Assembly (NCBI GenBank): GCA_002254385.1 | Contig: NJDO01000013.1 | Span: 1 to 38,866, forward strand | Direction: 5' to 3' | Source: Thermoplasmatales archaeon ex4484_6 | GTDB lineage: Archaea; Thermoplasmatota; Penumbrarchaeia; Penumbrarchaeales; Penumbrarchaeaceae | DNA: 38,866 nt | Part shown: in pieces, positions 1 to 9,488 of the stretch | How positions within the stretch are numbered: position 1 is the first letter of the stretch | How the letters are laid out: the number at the start of each line of letters is the position of its first letter | The notes under the pieces: model-generated | Told to the model about the DNA's origin: nothing | Database searches by the model: none | Seen by the model: the letters and a program-made list of their open reading frames with translations, nothing else | Position numbers and translations under genes: made by a program

Positions 1-122
1 TTCGTCGGGGGTGTCGGCCCCTCCATTTTCGGCAGTGAAGCTCTGCCCGAACCATTTGGAGTGAAGCTGATCTCGATAGAGAGATTGGATTCCGGACTCC
101 TCGTTGAACTGTCCGGTTGATC

Positions 123-1271
123 TCAACCGTCGAATCTGGTCCTCTCGCCCTGGATCTCCAGAAGCTTCTTGATGGCCTTCTTCTCCCTTAGCGACGGTCT
201 TGAGGGCACATCCACATTGACCTTGAGGAACATGTCCCCGGTCCTGCGGGGATATCTGAGGTCCGGCATACCCTTGCCCTTGACCCTGAGAACGGAGCCG
301 GGTTGTGTTCCGGCGGGTATCTTGACCTCAAGTGTGCCGTTCAGGGAGGGTACCTTCACTTTAGAGCCCAGGACCGCCTGGGGGTAGGTGATCGTTATCT
401 CACCGTGAAGATCGTTGCCTTCCCTGGTGAAGAACCTGTGCGGCCTCACCTCGATTATAACGAAGAGGTCCCCGGGTCTTCCGCCCCGGTCTCCTGCGTC
501 TCCCATTCCGGGGATCCGGAGCTTTGTTCCCGAATCCACCCCCTTCGGGATGTTCACGGTCTTCCTGCTCGTCTTCCTGACTTTCTTCTTTCCCCTGCAT
601 TTCGGACAGGGATCGCTTATTATGCTGCCCTCCCCGCCGCATCTCGGGCAGGCCTTTGTGGTGACATACTGCACGGGGCCCAGGTTTCTGACCATCCTCT
701 GGGCGCCAGTTCCGTGGCAATCCGGGCAGACATCCGGTTCGGTTCCGCTTTCGGAGCCGGTTCCATCACATTCTGGGCAGAGAATGAGGTGCTTCACCTC
801 TATCTCCCTTTCCGTCCCCTTTGCAGCTTCCTCCAGGGAGATCCTGACGTGGGCGACCCTGTCATCACCCTGCATCGGTCTTCTCGATCCCGCCCCCCTT
901 CCTCCTCCGAAGAAATCCCCACCGAACGGATCTTCACCTCCGAAGAACGAGGAGAATCCGCCGCCGAAGGATCTCATGAACATCCGGAGAGCATCGTCCA
1001 GGTCTATATGCTGGTATTGATAGTGAGGCATGCCTCCCTCGTCATCCGATGTAAAACCGAATTGATCGTACTGGCTTCTCTTCTCGGGGTCGGACAGTAC
1101 CTCGTATGCTTCGGTGACCTCCGTGAACTTCTCGGCAGCCTTGGGGTCATCCTGGTTGCGGTCCGGATGATATTTCAGGGCAAGGGTCCGATAGGCCTTC
1201 TCTATCTCTTCCTTGGTTGCGTCCCGGGAGATCCCGAGGATCTCGTAATAGTCCTTTTTCATCCCTGCCAT
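123..1271 (-). CDS. dnaJ: Molecular chaperone DnaJ (type I Hsp40)
   Basis: 382-aa ORF with ATG start. J domain with HPD motif (KYHPDRN), Gly/Phe-rich linker ([23 protein letters not shown]), and four CxxCxGxG-type zinc-finger repeats ([32 protein letters not shown]). Lies directly downstream of dnaK on the same strand. Confidence 0.95.
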   Translation of the reverse strand: MAGMKKDYYEILGISRDATKEEIEKAYRTLALKYHPDRNQDDPKAAEKFTEVTEAYEVLSDPEKRSQYDQFGFTSDDEGGMPHYQYQHIDLDDALRMFMRSFGGGFSSFFGGEDPFGGDFFGGGRGAGSRRPMQGDDRVAHVRISLEEAAKGTEREIEVKHLILCPECDGTGSESGTEPDVCPDCHGTGAQRMVRNLGPVQYVTTKACPRCGGEGSIISDPCPKCRGKKKVRKTSRKTVNIPKGVDSGTKLRIPGMGDAGDRGGRPGDLFVIIEVRPHRFFTREGNDLHGEITITYPQAVLGSKVKVPSLNGTLEVKIPAGTQPGSVLRVKGKGMPDLRYPRRTGDMFLKVNVDVPSRPSLREKKAIKKLLEIQGERTRFDG

Positions 1272-1339
1272 GCTCCCTACGTGTTGTTTAGGGAGGGAGA
1301 TTCATCATATCTCCCTCCCTTGGTTGGGTCCCGGACCCA

Positions 1340-3187
1340 TCAGTCCGCGTCCTCTGCATCGACGTCGATGTAGTCATCGTCGACCTTTTCTTCCTTCTCC
1401 GGGGAGGGCGGCTCCTCCCCGTTCATGTCCATGGATTCCCCTGCCGATTTGGAGGCCTGTTTGTACATCTTCGCAAAGAGTTCCTGGGATGCTTCGGAGA
1501 GTTCTTCCGTCCTCTTCTTGATCTCATCAGCATCGTCTCCCTGCGCCAGTTCCTCCACCTCCTTCATCAGCTCCTCCACCTTCTTCACATCCGCCTCGTC
1601 CAGCTTATCCCTGTTATCCTTTATGGCTCGTTCGGTGGCGAACACCAGAGAGGTCGCATTGTTCTTTGCTTCCGCGATCTCCAGCTTTCTCTTGTCATCT
1701 TCGGCGAATCTATCGGCATCTTCCATCATCTTCTCTATCTCATCGTCCGAGAGTGCTCCCGTTCCGGAGACCACGATGTCCTGGCTGTTCCCTGTCGCCA
1801 GATCCTTGGCGGTGACATGGACAATACCATTTGCATCGATCTCGAACGTCACCTCGATCTGTGGAATGCCTCTTGGGGCGGGTGGGATGCCGGTCAGAGT
1901 GAAGACGCCAAGCGTCTTGTTGTCCGCCGCCATCGGCCTCTCACCCTGAAGTACATGGATCTCCACCTGGGGCTGATTATCCGAGGCGGTCGAGAAGATC
2001 TTGGACTTCTTGGTGGGGATTGTTGTGTTCCTGTTGATGATCTTGGTCATCACCCCTCCCAGCGTTTCGATACCCAGGGACAGCGGTGTGACATCGAGAA
2101 GGACCATGTCCTTGCCCACCTCTCCGGAAAGTACTCCCGCCTGAATGGCAGCTCCTATGGCGACGCATTCGTCCGGGTTGATGTTCTTTGTGGGGTCCTT
2201 TTTCAGGACCTCCTTGATCTTCTTCTGGACCAGGGGCACCCTTGTGGAGCCCCCCACAAGCAGGATCTTGTCTATGTCCGAGGGTTCCAGTTTTGCATCT
2301 TTCAGAGCCTGTTTCAACGGTCTTATCGTCTTATCCACCAGGTCCGATATGAGCGATTCGAACTTGGATCTTGTGAGTTCCATCTCCACATGCAGAGGTC
2401 CGTCATCCCCTTGTGTGATGAAGGGCAGTGAGATCTGTGTGGTCGGAGTGCCCGAGAGTTCTATCTTCGCCTTCTCCGACGCGTCCTTCAGTCTCTGAAC
2501 GGCCTGTCTATCCTTGAGGAGATCTATTCCGTGCTCCTTCTTGAATTCGGAGGCTATCCATTCCATGACCCGTCTGTCGAAATCGTCCCCTCCCAGATGA
2601 TTGTTGCCGGAGGTGGATTTTACCTGGAAAACCCCTCCGCCTATCTGGAGTATGGACACATCGAATGTCCCTCCTCCGAGATCGTAAACGAGTATTGTCA
2701 GATCGTCCTCCTTGTCAAGGCCGTAGGCGAGAGCTGCTGCTGTCGGTTCGTTTATTATCCTCTTGACCTCGAGACCCGCTATCCTGCCAGCGTCTTTCGT
2801 GGCCTGTCTCTGGGCATCCTCGAAGTATGCCGGAACCGTGATCACCGCCTCGGTCACCTTCTCCCCGAGGTATTCCTCCGCATCCTCCTTCATCTTTTGG
2901 AGGATCATTGCCGAGATCTCCTGTGGGGTGTAGCTCTTCCCTCCCATTTTGACCTTGGTCTTCTGACCCATCTTTCTCTTGATGGATGCTATGGTGTTCT
3001 CGGGATTGGCCACTGCCTGTCTCTTGGCAAGCTCGCCCACCAGTCTTTCACCTTTCTTTGTTATGCCCACGACGGATGGAGTGGTCCTTGCCCCTTCCCT
3101 GTTCGGTATCACGACGGGCTGTCCACCCTCCATCACTGCAACCACCGAGTTGGTGGTTCCCAGATCTATTCCGATGATCTTTCCCAT
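1340..3187 (-). CDS. dnaK: Molecular chaperone DnaK (Hsp70)
   Basis: 615-aa ORF with Hsp70 signatures [22 protein letters not shown] and LVGGSTRVP, plus an acidic C-terminal tail. Sits between grpE and dnaJ. Confidence 0.97.
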   Translation of the reverse strand: MGKIIGIDLGTTNSVVAVMEGGQPVVIPNREGARTTPSVVGITKKGERLVGELAKRQAVANPENTIASIKRKMGQKTKVKMGGKSYTPQEISAMILQKMKEDAEEYLGEKVTEAVITVPAYFEDAQRQATKDAGRIAGLEVKRIINEPTAAALAYGLDKEDDLTILVYDLGGGTFDVSILQIGGGVFQVKSTSGNNHLGGDDFDRRVMEWIASEFKKEHGIDLLKDRQAVQRLKDASEKAKIELSGTPTTQISLPFITQGDDGPLHVEMELTRSKFESLISDLVDKTIRPLKQALKDAKLEPSDIDKILLVGGSTRVPLVQKKIKEVLKKDPTKNINPDECVAIGAAIQAGVLSGEVGKDMVLLDVTPLSLGIETLGGVMTKIINRNTTIPTKKSKIFSTASDNQPQVEIHVLQGERPMAADNKTLGVFTLTGIPPAPRGIPQIEVTFEIDANGIVHVTAKDLATGNSQDIVVSGTGALSDDEIEKMMEDADRFAEDDKRKLEIAEAKNNATSLVFATERAIKDNRDKLDEADVKKVEELMKEVEELAQGDDADEIKKRTEELSEASQELFAKMYKQASKSAGESMDMNGEEPPSPEKEEKVDDDYIDVDAEDAD

Positions 3188-3214
3188 TCATATCACCTCT
3201 TTGTGTTCATAATG

Positions 3215-4099
3215 TTATGATTTCTCCTTTCTTTTCGATGATCTCGATGACCTTCTTTCCCTCTTCTTTCCGGAGGGTCTCCTGTTGACCAGTACCTGGG
3301 CCGGTCTCAGGGTCTTTCCCTTGTAGATGTATCCTTTCTTTATTTCCTTAGCAACGACCTCGTCACCCAGGCCGCCTTCCTCCACATATCCCACGGCCTC
3401 GTGGAAGTTGGGGTCGAAGTGCTGCCCCGTGGCCACCATGGGGCTGATCCCCACCCTGGAGAATAGGTTCAGAACCTGTGCCTCGACCATCTCGACACCC
3501 TTGATCATGCTGGAAATGCTCTTGCTGTCGCAGCCCGAGGACAGAATGGATTCCTTTGCGAAGGAGAAGCTGTCCAGGACATCCACCAGTCCCGAGGCTA
3601 TCTCGGATATCTTTCTGTCGGCAATGGATTCCTTCTCGTTCTCATGCCTCCTCCTGATATTCTGGAAATCACGCTGCAGGAATCCGATCCTCTCTTCAAG
3701 GGCGGCCTTCTCTTCAAGGACCTTGTCCAGTTCGCTCTTGAGCTCCTCCATCTCCTTTTCAAGAGATATCATCGGGATGGAGAGCTCCCCATCCTTCCCA
3801 TCCTGGGAGGAATCCTCCCGGGTCCTCTCGGTCCTCTTCTTGAGTTCGACCTCGAGGACCCCCTGGGAGAACGTGACAGCTATTCTCTCGGGATCGGGTT
3901 CGAAGGGAATGACCTGTACCGTCCTGAACCTCCCCCTCTTCCCTTCGGCATCCAGTTTCAGGATGTCACCCGCCACTCCCATCTTGATGGAATCCTGGGA
4001 TACACCGGGAAGCTCCACTATGAGCTTTACGCCATCTTCTTCCTCCATTACCTGGGTGATGGGTTCCCTGACCTCTTCGGCACCGGTCATTTTAATCAT
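3215..4099 (-). CDS. grpE: Nucleotide exchange factor GrpE with an N-terminal Hsp20/alpha-crystallin-like domain
   Basis: 294-aa ORF. The C-terminal ~190 aa carry the GrpE coiled coil and beta domain (LQRDFQNIRRRHENEKE, GVEMV..Q, HFDPNFHEAV, GYIYKGKTLRPAQVLV). Residues ~17-95 resemble an sHsp ACD (LIVELPGVSQDSIKMGVAGDILKLDAEG ... VTFSQGVLEVELKK). ATG at 4099, with an alternative ATG at 4090. Confidence 0.85.
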   Translation of the reverse strand: MIKMTGAEEVREPITQVMEEEDGVKLIVELPGVSQDSIKMGVAGDILKLDAEGKRGRFRTVQVIPFEPDPERIAVTFSQGVLEVELKKRTERTREDSSQDGKDGELSIPMISLEKEMEELKSELDKVLEEKAALEERIGFLQRDFQNIRRRHENEKESIADRKISEIASGLVDVLDSFSFAKESILSSGCDSKSISSMIKGVEMVEAQVLNLFSRVGISPMVATGQHFDPNFHEAVGYVEEGGLGDEVVAKEIKKGYIYKGKTLRPAQVLVNRRPSGKKRERRSSRSSKRKEKS

Positions 4100-4154
4100 C
4101 TTCCTGTTTACAACCTTGAGTTGTAATCTCGTTGTTACGTCAATGTAGTTATCC

Positions 4155-4162
4155 TATATAAA
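4155..4162 (-). promoter_or_regulatory. Candidate TATA box for the grpE-dnaK-dnaJ operon
   Basis: The minus strand reads TTTATATA about 55-60 nt upstream of the grpE ATG, in an otherwise GC-rich intergenic region. No transcript data. Confidence 0.3.
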
Positions 4163-4368
4163 CCCATCGCATCATGCCGGGGAAAATGATCAGCAGGAAT
4201 GAGAAAACAATCGTGTCTGAGCTCTCACTCCCTTACCTCAGAGAAATCCCGGAAAACGGGTGTTGGATATCAAGGAGATGTTAAAGGAGACGAACAGCCG
4301 GACAGTTTAAAATATTCAATATGACGGAAAAAGGAAACGGATTTCTATGAGCATGATGTTGCCCGATC

Positions 4369-4536
4369 ATGGAGGTCCACCCACTGATCTACGTAATCCT
4401 TCTTCTGATCGTCATCTCGGGTCCGGTCATGGCAAATATTGCCTACAGCGGATGGAAGAATGTTCTACTGGCGCGGCTCTTCATCGTGATCAGCATCCTG
4501 TCAATGGCTGGCCTCATGTTTATCGTACTTCTTTGA
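4369..4536 (+). CDS. Small two-TM membrane protein (55 aa), not in the ORF track
   Basis: ATG 4369 to TGA 4534-4536 translates to MEVHPLIYVILLLIVISGPVMANIAYSGWKNVLLARLFIVISILSMAGLMFIVLL. This gives two clean hydrophobic helices and GC-rich third codon positions like the neighbouring genes. The stop lies 11 nt before the next ATG, with GGTG in between. The overlapping track ORF 4347..4544 translates to a non-protein-like sequence. Confidence 0.45.
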   Translation: MEVHPLIYVILLLIVISGPVMANIAYSGWKNVLLARLFIVISILSMAGLMFIVLL

Positions 4537-4547
4537 GGTGCTAATCA

Positions 4548-4982
4548 ATGGAGAAAAAACCCCTCATAACACCCCATCACAACGGCCCGGATCCGGCCTG
4601 GATATACCCTGTGAGGTCCCCCCTGGATTGGAAGAGAAGGGATGGCAGGATAGTGTTGGAATATCCCAAAAATCTCAATCGCTTGGAGAGGGCCCTCAAC
4701 AGGGTCCTGAAGGGACCGGAGAATATCAGACGCCCCCTGGATGATGTTGGAACCCTTCTGTGGGAGATGAGCGACGGGGAGCATTCCCTTCTCGAGATCT
4801 ATATCGAGGAGCAGGAAAGGTTCCATGAGAGGGTCGAACCGGTTGACAAAGTTGTGGGTGGATTGCTGGAAACCATGCTCAAGCTGGGTTTGATGAGATT
4901 GGAGTTTCACCCGGGAGGAAAAGGGAGACAGGGGGAAGGTGCCCGAAAAGGCTCCAGGATCGTTGTGAGGCCTGCACGGTGA
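4548..4982 (+). CDS. PqqD-family-like protein (possible peptide-binding RRE-type domain)
   Basis: 144-aa ORF. The core RRDGRIVLEY...PLDDVGTLLWEMSDGEHSLLEIYIEEQERFHERVEPVDKVVGGLLETMLKLGLMRLEF fits the PqqD pattern (L-x-x-g-x-x-iW-x-l-x-dG-x-x-s-l-x-eI ... dv-x-x-fL-x-x-L-x-x-x-GL). Assigned by eye only. Confidence 0.55.
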   Translation: MEKKPLITPHHNGPDPAWIYPVRSPLDWKRRDGRIVLEYPKNLNRLERALNRVLKGPENIRRPLDDVGTLLWEMSDGEHSLLEIYIEEQERFHERVEPVDKVVGGLLETMLKLGLMRLEFHPGGKGRQGEGARKGSRIVVRPAR

Positions 4983-5197
4983 TGGAACGCATTGCTGTCC
5001 TCGGTATGCCTGTCGGGATGAACGGGTGACAGGTGTATCAGGGGATCTTGTACTGCAGGTGGAACGACATCATTCCGTTCCGGAAAGGCATCCTATCGTT
5101 TGTAATGTACATATGACAATATTTTTATCCCGTTGACCTATAACAAAGGGTTGTACCAGAGGGTCAGCGCACCCTTGGAGTTCAAAGGTGATGCTGT

Positions 5198-8100
5198 ATG
5201 TCATATCATACGGTTCTGAAGAAAGCTCTTCTCATGGTCGTCACGGGCATGTTCCTTGTAGCACCGCTTCTTTCCGGAGTTGGCAAGGTGAATGCGGCAT
5301 CGAGGCTTCCCGCCGGGTTCGAGGGAGTTTCCTACGAACGGATGACGTCCCTAAACAAGGTAACCCTCGTCAACCATGACGGAGAAGGTATACTGGACGA
5401 TTTTTCATATCTTGCGGAGGTGCCTGCATCGGCGTTCCATTCAGGGGCTTCCGAAAGGGTATTCGTGAACCCTGTCCTGTTCTACGAACCTTCCAGGGAA
5501 GTTTCCGATACGGAGAGAACGTTCAACCCATATCCCGGTGTGAAGAACCTTATGGATGACATGATGACCGTGAGCGGGGGCGACCTCGACAAGATAGAGC
5601 TTGTGGGTTTCGACGGTCAGACACCGGGGGAGATACAATCGGATTGGACCGCCTCCAGGGTGAAGCACATCGATGCGAACGATCCATTCTCACTCTCGGC
5701 GAAGGTGGCGCTGGAGAACTGGGAATATTCCGATAAGGCCGTCATCGCGGTGGTGGACGCGGATCCCGCTCCGTTCGAGAATGTATTCACCGGGGAGATT
5801 ACCGGGAAAACACCGAATGCCTCTCCGAAGAGCGGTTCGATGACGGGCTCAAAGGAACCGTCCCCCGTCGATCCCAACACCCACTCGTTCACTATCGAAC
5901 CCGATTACAAATACATCACATCACAGCTCACATGGGGTCAGAGCTGGAATCCGCTTTCAAGCATAACGGAGAGGGGAAAGGACCCCGACCTTCAGCTCTA
6001 TGATATGCAGCTTGGAATGGTGGGCGCCAGCGAGAAATGGAATGTCCTGGAGGGTGCTTCCGAGGAGATAAGCTCCTACATATATGATTCGGGGGAATGG
6101 CAGTTCGCGGTGACCTACATGCCAACTGAGAATTCAATGGTGCACGCGGACGAGGAGTGGTCGTGGAACTCCGTTCCCCGGCCTTCCGAGGTGACGCCGT
6201 CCCAGAGGGATGCGTGGGTCCGGGAAAGGATGGAAAGGGTTATGAAGGATAGAGAGGCGAAAGGATTGGCCCCTCTTGCCCCGTTCGATTCCTCCGTGGA
6301 ATATGTAATAGATTACACGCTTTACCCCGGAGTGGATGTCCCGCAGAGGATAGAGACCCCCTTCTACTGCAGGGATGCGAAGTTTGTCCTTGAATGGTCC
6401 GACACCTCTCAGGATCTGGGACTCATACTGAGAGGACCGTCCGGAGCGGAGATAGCGGTGGCTGACCAGCCCGCGTCCGGTGCCCAGCAGGTAATCGAGG
6501 TCCCCGAGCTTGGTGAGGGAGAATACCAGGTATCGGTCATCAACATGGGAGGAAGTTCGCAGTCCACCGATTTCAGGATATCATACGAGTTCAAGCAGAA
6601 GAAGGACAGGTTCGAGGGAACGTCGTGGGCCGGAGCTGCAAATGGTGCGGTCATCGCAACGGCACTGAACGCTCCTCTCATGTTCTCGGATCGGAATGGA
6701 CTCAGCAGCAGTGTGGGGGATGCCTTGAACACGCTGGGCGTTGAGAAGGTCTATCTGATCGATATAGATTCCCATGCCGGGAGCGGCCTTGAACGGGATA
6801 TCAGGGGGCTGAGAGGAATAATGCAGAGGCTCTTCGGGAACGGAATAACGGTGGAAACGCTGAACGATTTCGACTCGCTATACGGGACTGTTAAAAAGTT
6901 GACAACGGTCGGGGGTGTCCAGAACAGGGATATCGTCTTCACCACTATCAATCCATGGACTTCCTGGAAGGTCCTTGAAGGACGGGATACCTCGGGGAAC
7001 CCCGGACCGGAGGTTCCGGGTGCACTCTTCGTCGGACCTGCGGCTCTTGAAGCTGCCGTTCACGGCGCTCCGGTCTTCGTGACCGACGTCCATTCGGAGC
7101 TCTCATGTGCCCAGGCGTGGCATAATGAGTTCTGGAACTATGCCTATCATCACAGCAGGGCCCCTCCCTCCGTCGCATGCATGGTCCTTACGGCAAAGGC
7201 CGCGTATCATAATGTGATAGATCGCTTTGGTTTCGATGTCAAATCCCCCGTTGACGATGAGGGGAAATGCAAGGAATCGATAATAACAGTCGCTGATCAG
7301 TTTGACATAGGTTCCTCGTGGGACAGGGCCTTTGTGGGCGGGGCGGATTCCGGGAGAATCATGGGCACTCCAGTGGATACATCCGTATGGATATCAAGAT
7401 CCATCCTGTACCCCAAATTGATATACGCCAATCCCGCAGTGAATCCCGAACTTGACGAATTCGATGGTATGAGGATACAGGGGTCGAGCTCCACAAGGGT
7501 GGGTGGAGCACTGGTCATCACGGAACCCGAGAGGGAGGAGAAGGTGGACTTCCCGGTGGTCCAGACATGGGTGTCATACCAGTACAAGTTCAATGAACAG
7601 GCCAGCGAATACTGGGGATGCCCCTACACCACAAGGACAGGCATCACTCCATGGTTCGATGACTCATCGGAAACGGACCCCGACGGTATCGATCCAAACG
7701 GAAGATATCCCGATCTCGACTCTTCCGAGGTGATCCCTCACTACCTGGAAAAGTGCGGATACGGAAATGTGTTCACCACCACTTTCGAGAAGACCACCGA
7801 GAACCTGAACAGGGGCGCCATCATGTGGCTTGAGGTCATGCACGGCGGTCATACAAATTCGGGTGTTGTGGGGTGGTGGCAGGAGGAAGGTGCAAAGGAG
7901 GGGAACCCCTGGAGGGGTTACGAGGAGAGCGGGATCCCGACAGGTACCGAGACGATGAGACTGAGGGGGGCAACCGATGATCCGGATGTCGTGACCATGT
8001 CAAAGCATGTCGGGCTTGACATCACTCCCGGTTTCGGTCCCCAGACAGGTGCAGGTATTATACCGGAAAGGCACGACGGAGTGGTCATCGCGATCGCACA

Positions 8101-8692
8101 GCAGGGTCAGACAGGTTACACGGAGACAGGTCTCGTGATGGATGAGGCATTCGGGAACCTTCATTCCATGGGTTTCTCCGCGGGTTCGTGTCTCATCGCG
8201 AACACCTATCTCCATCTGATGATGGTAAGGCACGGGTCGATATTCCAGGTCATAGATCCATGGCTTACGTCCTGGTATTCGGCTTTCGCCATGGATATGT
8301 TCGTTAGGGACATCTATTACGGGCATACCGTAGGTGATGCGTACGAGAGAGGCATATCCCATGTGGGGATAGAATATCTCATCGACGGCTGGTGGTGGGA
8401 TATATTCGAGAACCTGGTCTATTACGGTGACCCGGATCTCACGGTATTCTCACCGGTGCATCGGTGGGAGGAGCCCGATCACCTCGAGAAGGGTGCTGTC
8501 ATAGACGGCCATTCTCCCTACGGAGCCGGGGATCACCCCAGGGCCGTGGGGAATGGACTGATATGGGACATAGCGGCCCTTCTTGCCCTCTCCGGTCTCG
8601 TGGCCGCAGGTGTCTATGTTGCCATCAGATACCGCAGGGGTCAGCCCATACCTCTTCTCAATAGGATAGTGGGCAGGAAGCAGGGAGCCTGA
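5198..8692 (+). CDS. Large secreted, C-terminally anchored protein with a C25 (gingipain)-like clan-CD cysteine peptidase domain
   Basis: 1164 aa. Signal peptide (LLMVVTGMFLVAPLLSGVGKVNA-AS) and C-terminal TM (IAALLALSGLVAAGVYVAI) followed by RYRRG. C25-like motifs: NLNRGAIMWLEVMHGGHTNSG (His codons 7841/7850), MGFSAGSCLIANTY (Cys codon 8189-8191) and LVYYGDPDLTVF. The mid-region has cell-wall-binding-repeat-2-like modules (AVIATALNAPLMFSDRNGLSSSVGDALNTLGVEKVYLI). GGTGAT SD sits before ATG 5198. Confidence 0.6.
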   Translation: MSYHTVLKKALLMVVTGMFLVAPLLSGVGKVNAASRLPAGFEGVSYERMTSLNKVTLVNHDGEGILDDFSYLAEVPASAFHSGASERVFVNPVLFYEPSREVSDTERTFNPYPGVKNLMDDMMTVSGGDLDKIELVGFDGQTPGEIQSDWTASRVKHIDANDPFSLSAKVALENWEYSDKAVIAVVDADPAPFENVFTGEITGKTPNASPKSGSMTGSKEPSPVDPNTHSFTIEPDYKYITSQLTWGQSWNPLSSITERGKDPDLQLYDMQLGMVGASEKWNVLEGASEEISSYIYDSGEWQFAVTYMPTENSMVHADEEWSWNSVPRPSEVTPSQRDAWVRERMERVMKDREAKGLAPLAPFDSSVEYVIDYTLYPGVDVPQRIETPFYCRDAKFVLEWSDTSQDLGLILRGPSGAEIAVADQPASGAQQVIEVPELGEGEYQVSVINMGGSSQSTDFRISYEFKQKKDRFEGTSWAGAANGAVIATALNAPLMFSDRNGLSSSVGDALNTLGVEKVYLIDIDSHAGSGLERDIRGLRGIMQRLFGNGITVETLNDFDSLYGTVKKLTTVGGVQNRDIVFTTINPWTSWKVLEGRDTSGNPGPEVPGALFVGPAALEAAVHGAPVFVTDVHSELSCAQAWHNEFWNYAYHHSRAPPSVACMVLTAKAAYHNVIDRFGFDVKSPVDDEGKCKESIITVADQFDIGSSWDRAFVGGADSGRIMGTPVDTSVWISRSILYPKLIYANPAVNPELDEFDGMRIQGSSSTRVGGALVITEPEREEKVDFPVVQTWVSYQYKFNEQASEYWGCPYTTRTGITPWFDDSSETDPDGIDPNGRYPDLDSSEVIPHYLEKCGYGNVFTTTFEKTTENLNRGAIMWLEVMHGGHTNSGVVGWWQEEGAKEGNPWRGYEESGIPTGTETMRLRGATDDPDVVTMSKHVGLDITPGFGPQTGAGIIPERHDGVVIAIAQQGQTGYTETGLVMDEAFGNLHSMGFSAGSCLIANTYLHLMMVRHGSIFQVIDPWLTSWYSAFAMDMFVRDIYYGHTVGDAYERGISHVGIEYLIDGWWWDIFENLVYYGDPDLTVFSPVHRWEEPDHLEKGAVIDGHSPYGAGDHPRAVGNGLIWDIAALLALSGLVAAGVYVAIRYRRGQPIPLLNRIVGRKQGA

Positions 8693-8870
8693 CCAACTGC
8701 TAATCGGAGGGCATTGAGGGTCCCCGTCGGGACACAGCTCGTGCCATATGAGGGGGCCCTTGGGGCTCCCTCGCGTTCTTTTCCCCTCGATGTTTGGGTT
8801 AGATATTTGTAATGTACTCGCATATCCTGTCCCGGATCGGGCCCGAGGGTCCGGGAGATGGGGGGCACAC

Positions 8871-9488
8871 ATGATCGTGACCAATCTGGACCACATCCCA
8901 GATAGAGAGGTGATTGCTGTTCTGGGGATGGTCAATGGTTTCTCCGCGGGGGAGAAGAAGGATGAAGATTACCCCGCCTTTGTGAACGGTCTCTTTGAAG
9001 AGGCGGAGAGGGCTCTTCTCGAGAAGGCGGAGGGATTGGGTGCGGATGCGATCCTCGGCGTTAGTGCTGCCGTGATGGCACCGTCCGGGAAGGTCAGGGA
9101 GGTTCTGCTGCTGGGAACCGCGGTCGTCCTCGGAGGGTCCTCGGAGGAGCCCGGACACGATATATCGCTGTCGGTGGGCGGCAACAGACTGCCATGGTCC
9201 CAGCCTCCGGCAACCCCCACTTCCGATGTGGTGAGGATGATACGCCAGAAAGGACGGGCCGAAAGGGACAGGGGCCGGAAAAGAAAGGACATCTACGATC
9301 TGGCGGACGAGATCGGCATATCCTACGACAGGGCAAAGATCCTTGTGGACAGCGGTTTCGAGAACATCGATGATATCGCGAACGCCTCGACAAGGGACCT
9401 TTCGGTACTGGAAGGGATCAATCCGACCCAGGCAAGAATACTGAAGCGAAGGGCCCAGGAAATCCTTGAAATGGAGAGGGAGCTCTGA
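8871..9488 (+). CDS. YbjQ/UPF0145-family domain fused to a C-terminal helix-hairpin-helix domain
   Basis: Refined start at ATG 8871 (MIVTNLDHIPDREVIAVLGMVNG...). YbjQ-like core: EAERALLEKAEGLGADAILGVSAAV...LLLGTAVVL. The C-terminal segment DLADEIGISYDRAKILVDSGFENIDDIANASTRDLSVLEGINPTQARILKRRAQE has tandem HhH character. The track start at 8748 adds a non-protein-like extension. Confidence 0.7.
   Translation: MIVTNLDHIPDREVIAVLGMVNGFSAGEKKDEDYPAFVNGLFEEAERALLEKAEGLGADAILGVSAAVMAPSGKVREVLLLGTAVVLGGSSEEPGHDISLSVGGNRLPWSQPPATPTSDVVRMIRQKGRAERDRGRKRKDIYDLADEIGISYDRAKILVDSGFENIDDIANASTRDLSVLEGINPTQARILKRRAQEILEMEREL

Noticed and set aside
92-116. Hairpin CCGGAC-N13-GTCCGG immediately downstream of the dnaJ stop, as a possible terminator.
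   Set aside because: No oligo-T tract follows it on the transcribed strand and the stem is only 6 bp. That is insufficient for a terminator call in an archaeon.
303-1373. Long antisense ORFs opposite real genes: 303..1373 opposite dnaJ, 14426..15370 opposite the surface protein, 18601..19227 opposite the permease, 26063..27301 opposite the 813-aa gene, and 29781..30830 and 30238..30972 opposite trkA.
   Set aside because: Their translations are Arg/His/Pro/Gly-rich and lack motifs, while the opposite strand carries unmistakable family signatures or signal-peptide/TM architecture. Long open antisense frames are a typical consequence of GC-rich coding DNA.
4347-4544. Track ORF of 65 aa (MSMMLPDHGGPPTDLRNPSS...).
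   Set aside because: The sequence is not protein-like. A different frame in the same interval (4369..4536) gives a clean two-TM peptide with coding-like third positions and proper spacing to the next gene.
4369-8692. Possible lasso-peptide/RiPP cluster reading: small peptide, PqqD-like RRE and a cysteine protease.
   Set aside because: No cyclase, radical SAM, YcaO or transglutaminase-type B2 protease is present. The protease is a 1164-aa secreted C25-like enzyme, and the small ORF is a hydrophobic two-TM protein rather than a leader-core peptide. Kept only as an unexplained gene pairing.
8748-8870. N-terminal extensions implied by track starts (8748 for the YbjQ-HhH gene, 15475 for the surface protein, 34630 for the C11 peptidase).
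   Set aside because: The extensions are non-protein-like or overlap the upstream gene. Downstream ATGs give canonical family N-termini or signal peptides, in two of the three cases with a GGTGA-type SD.
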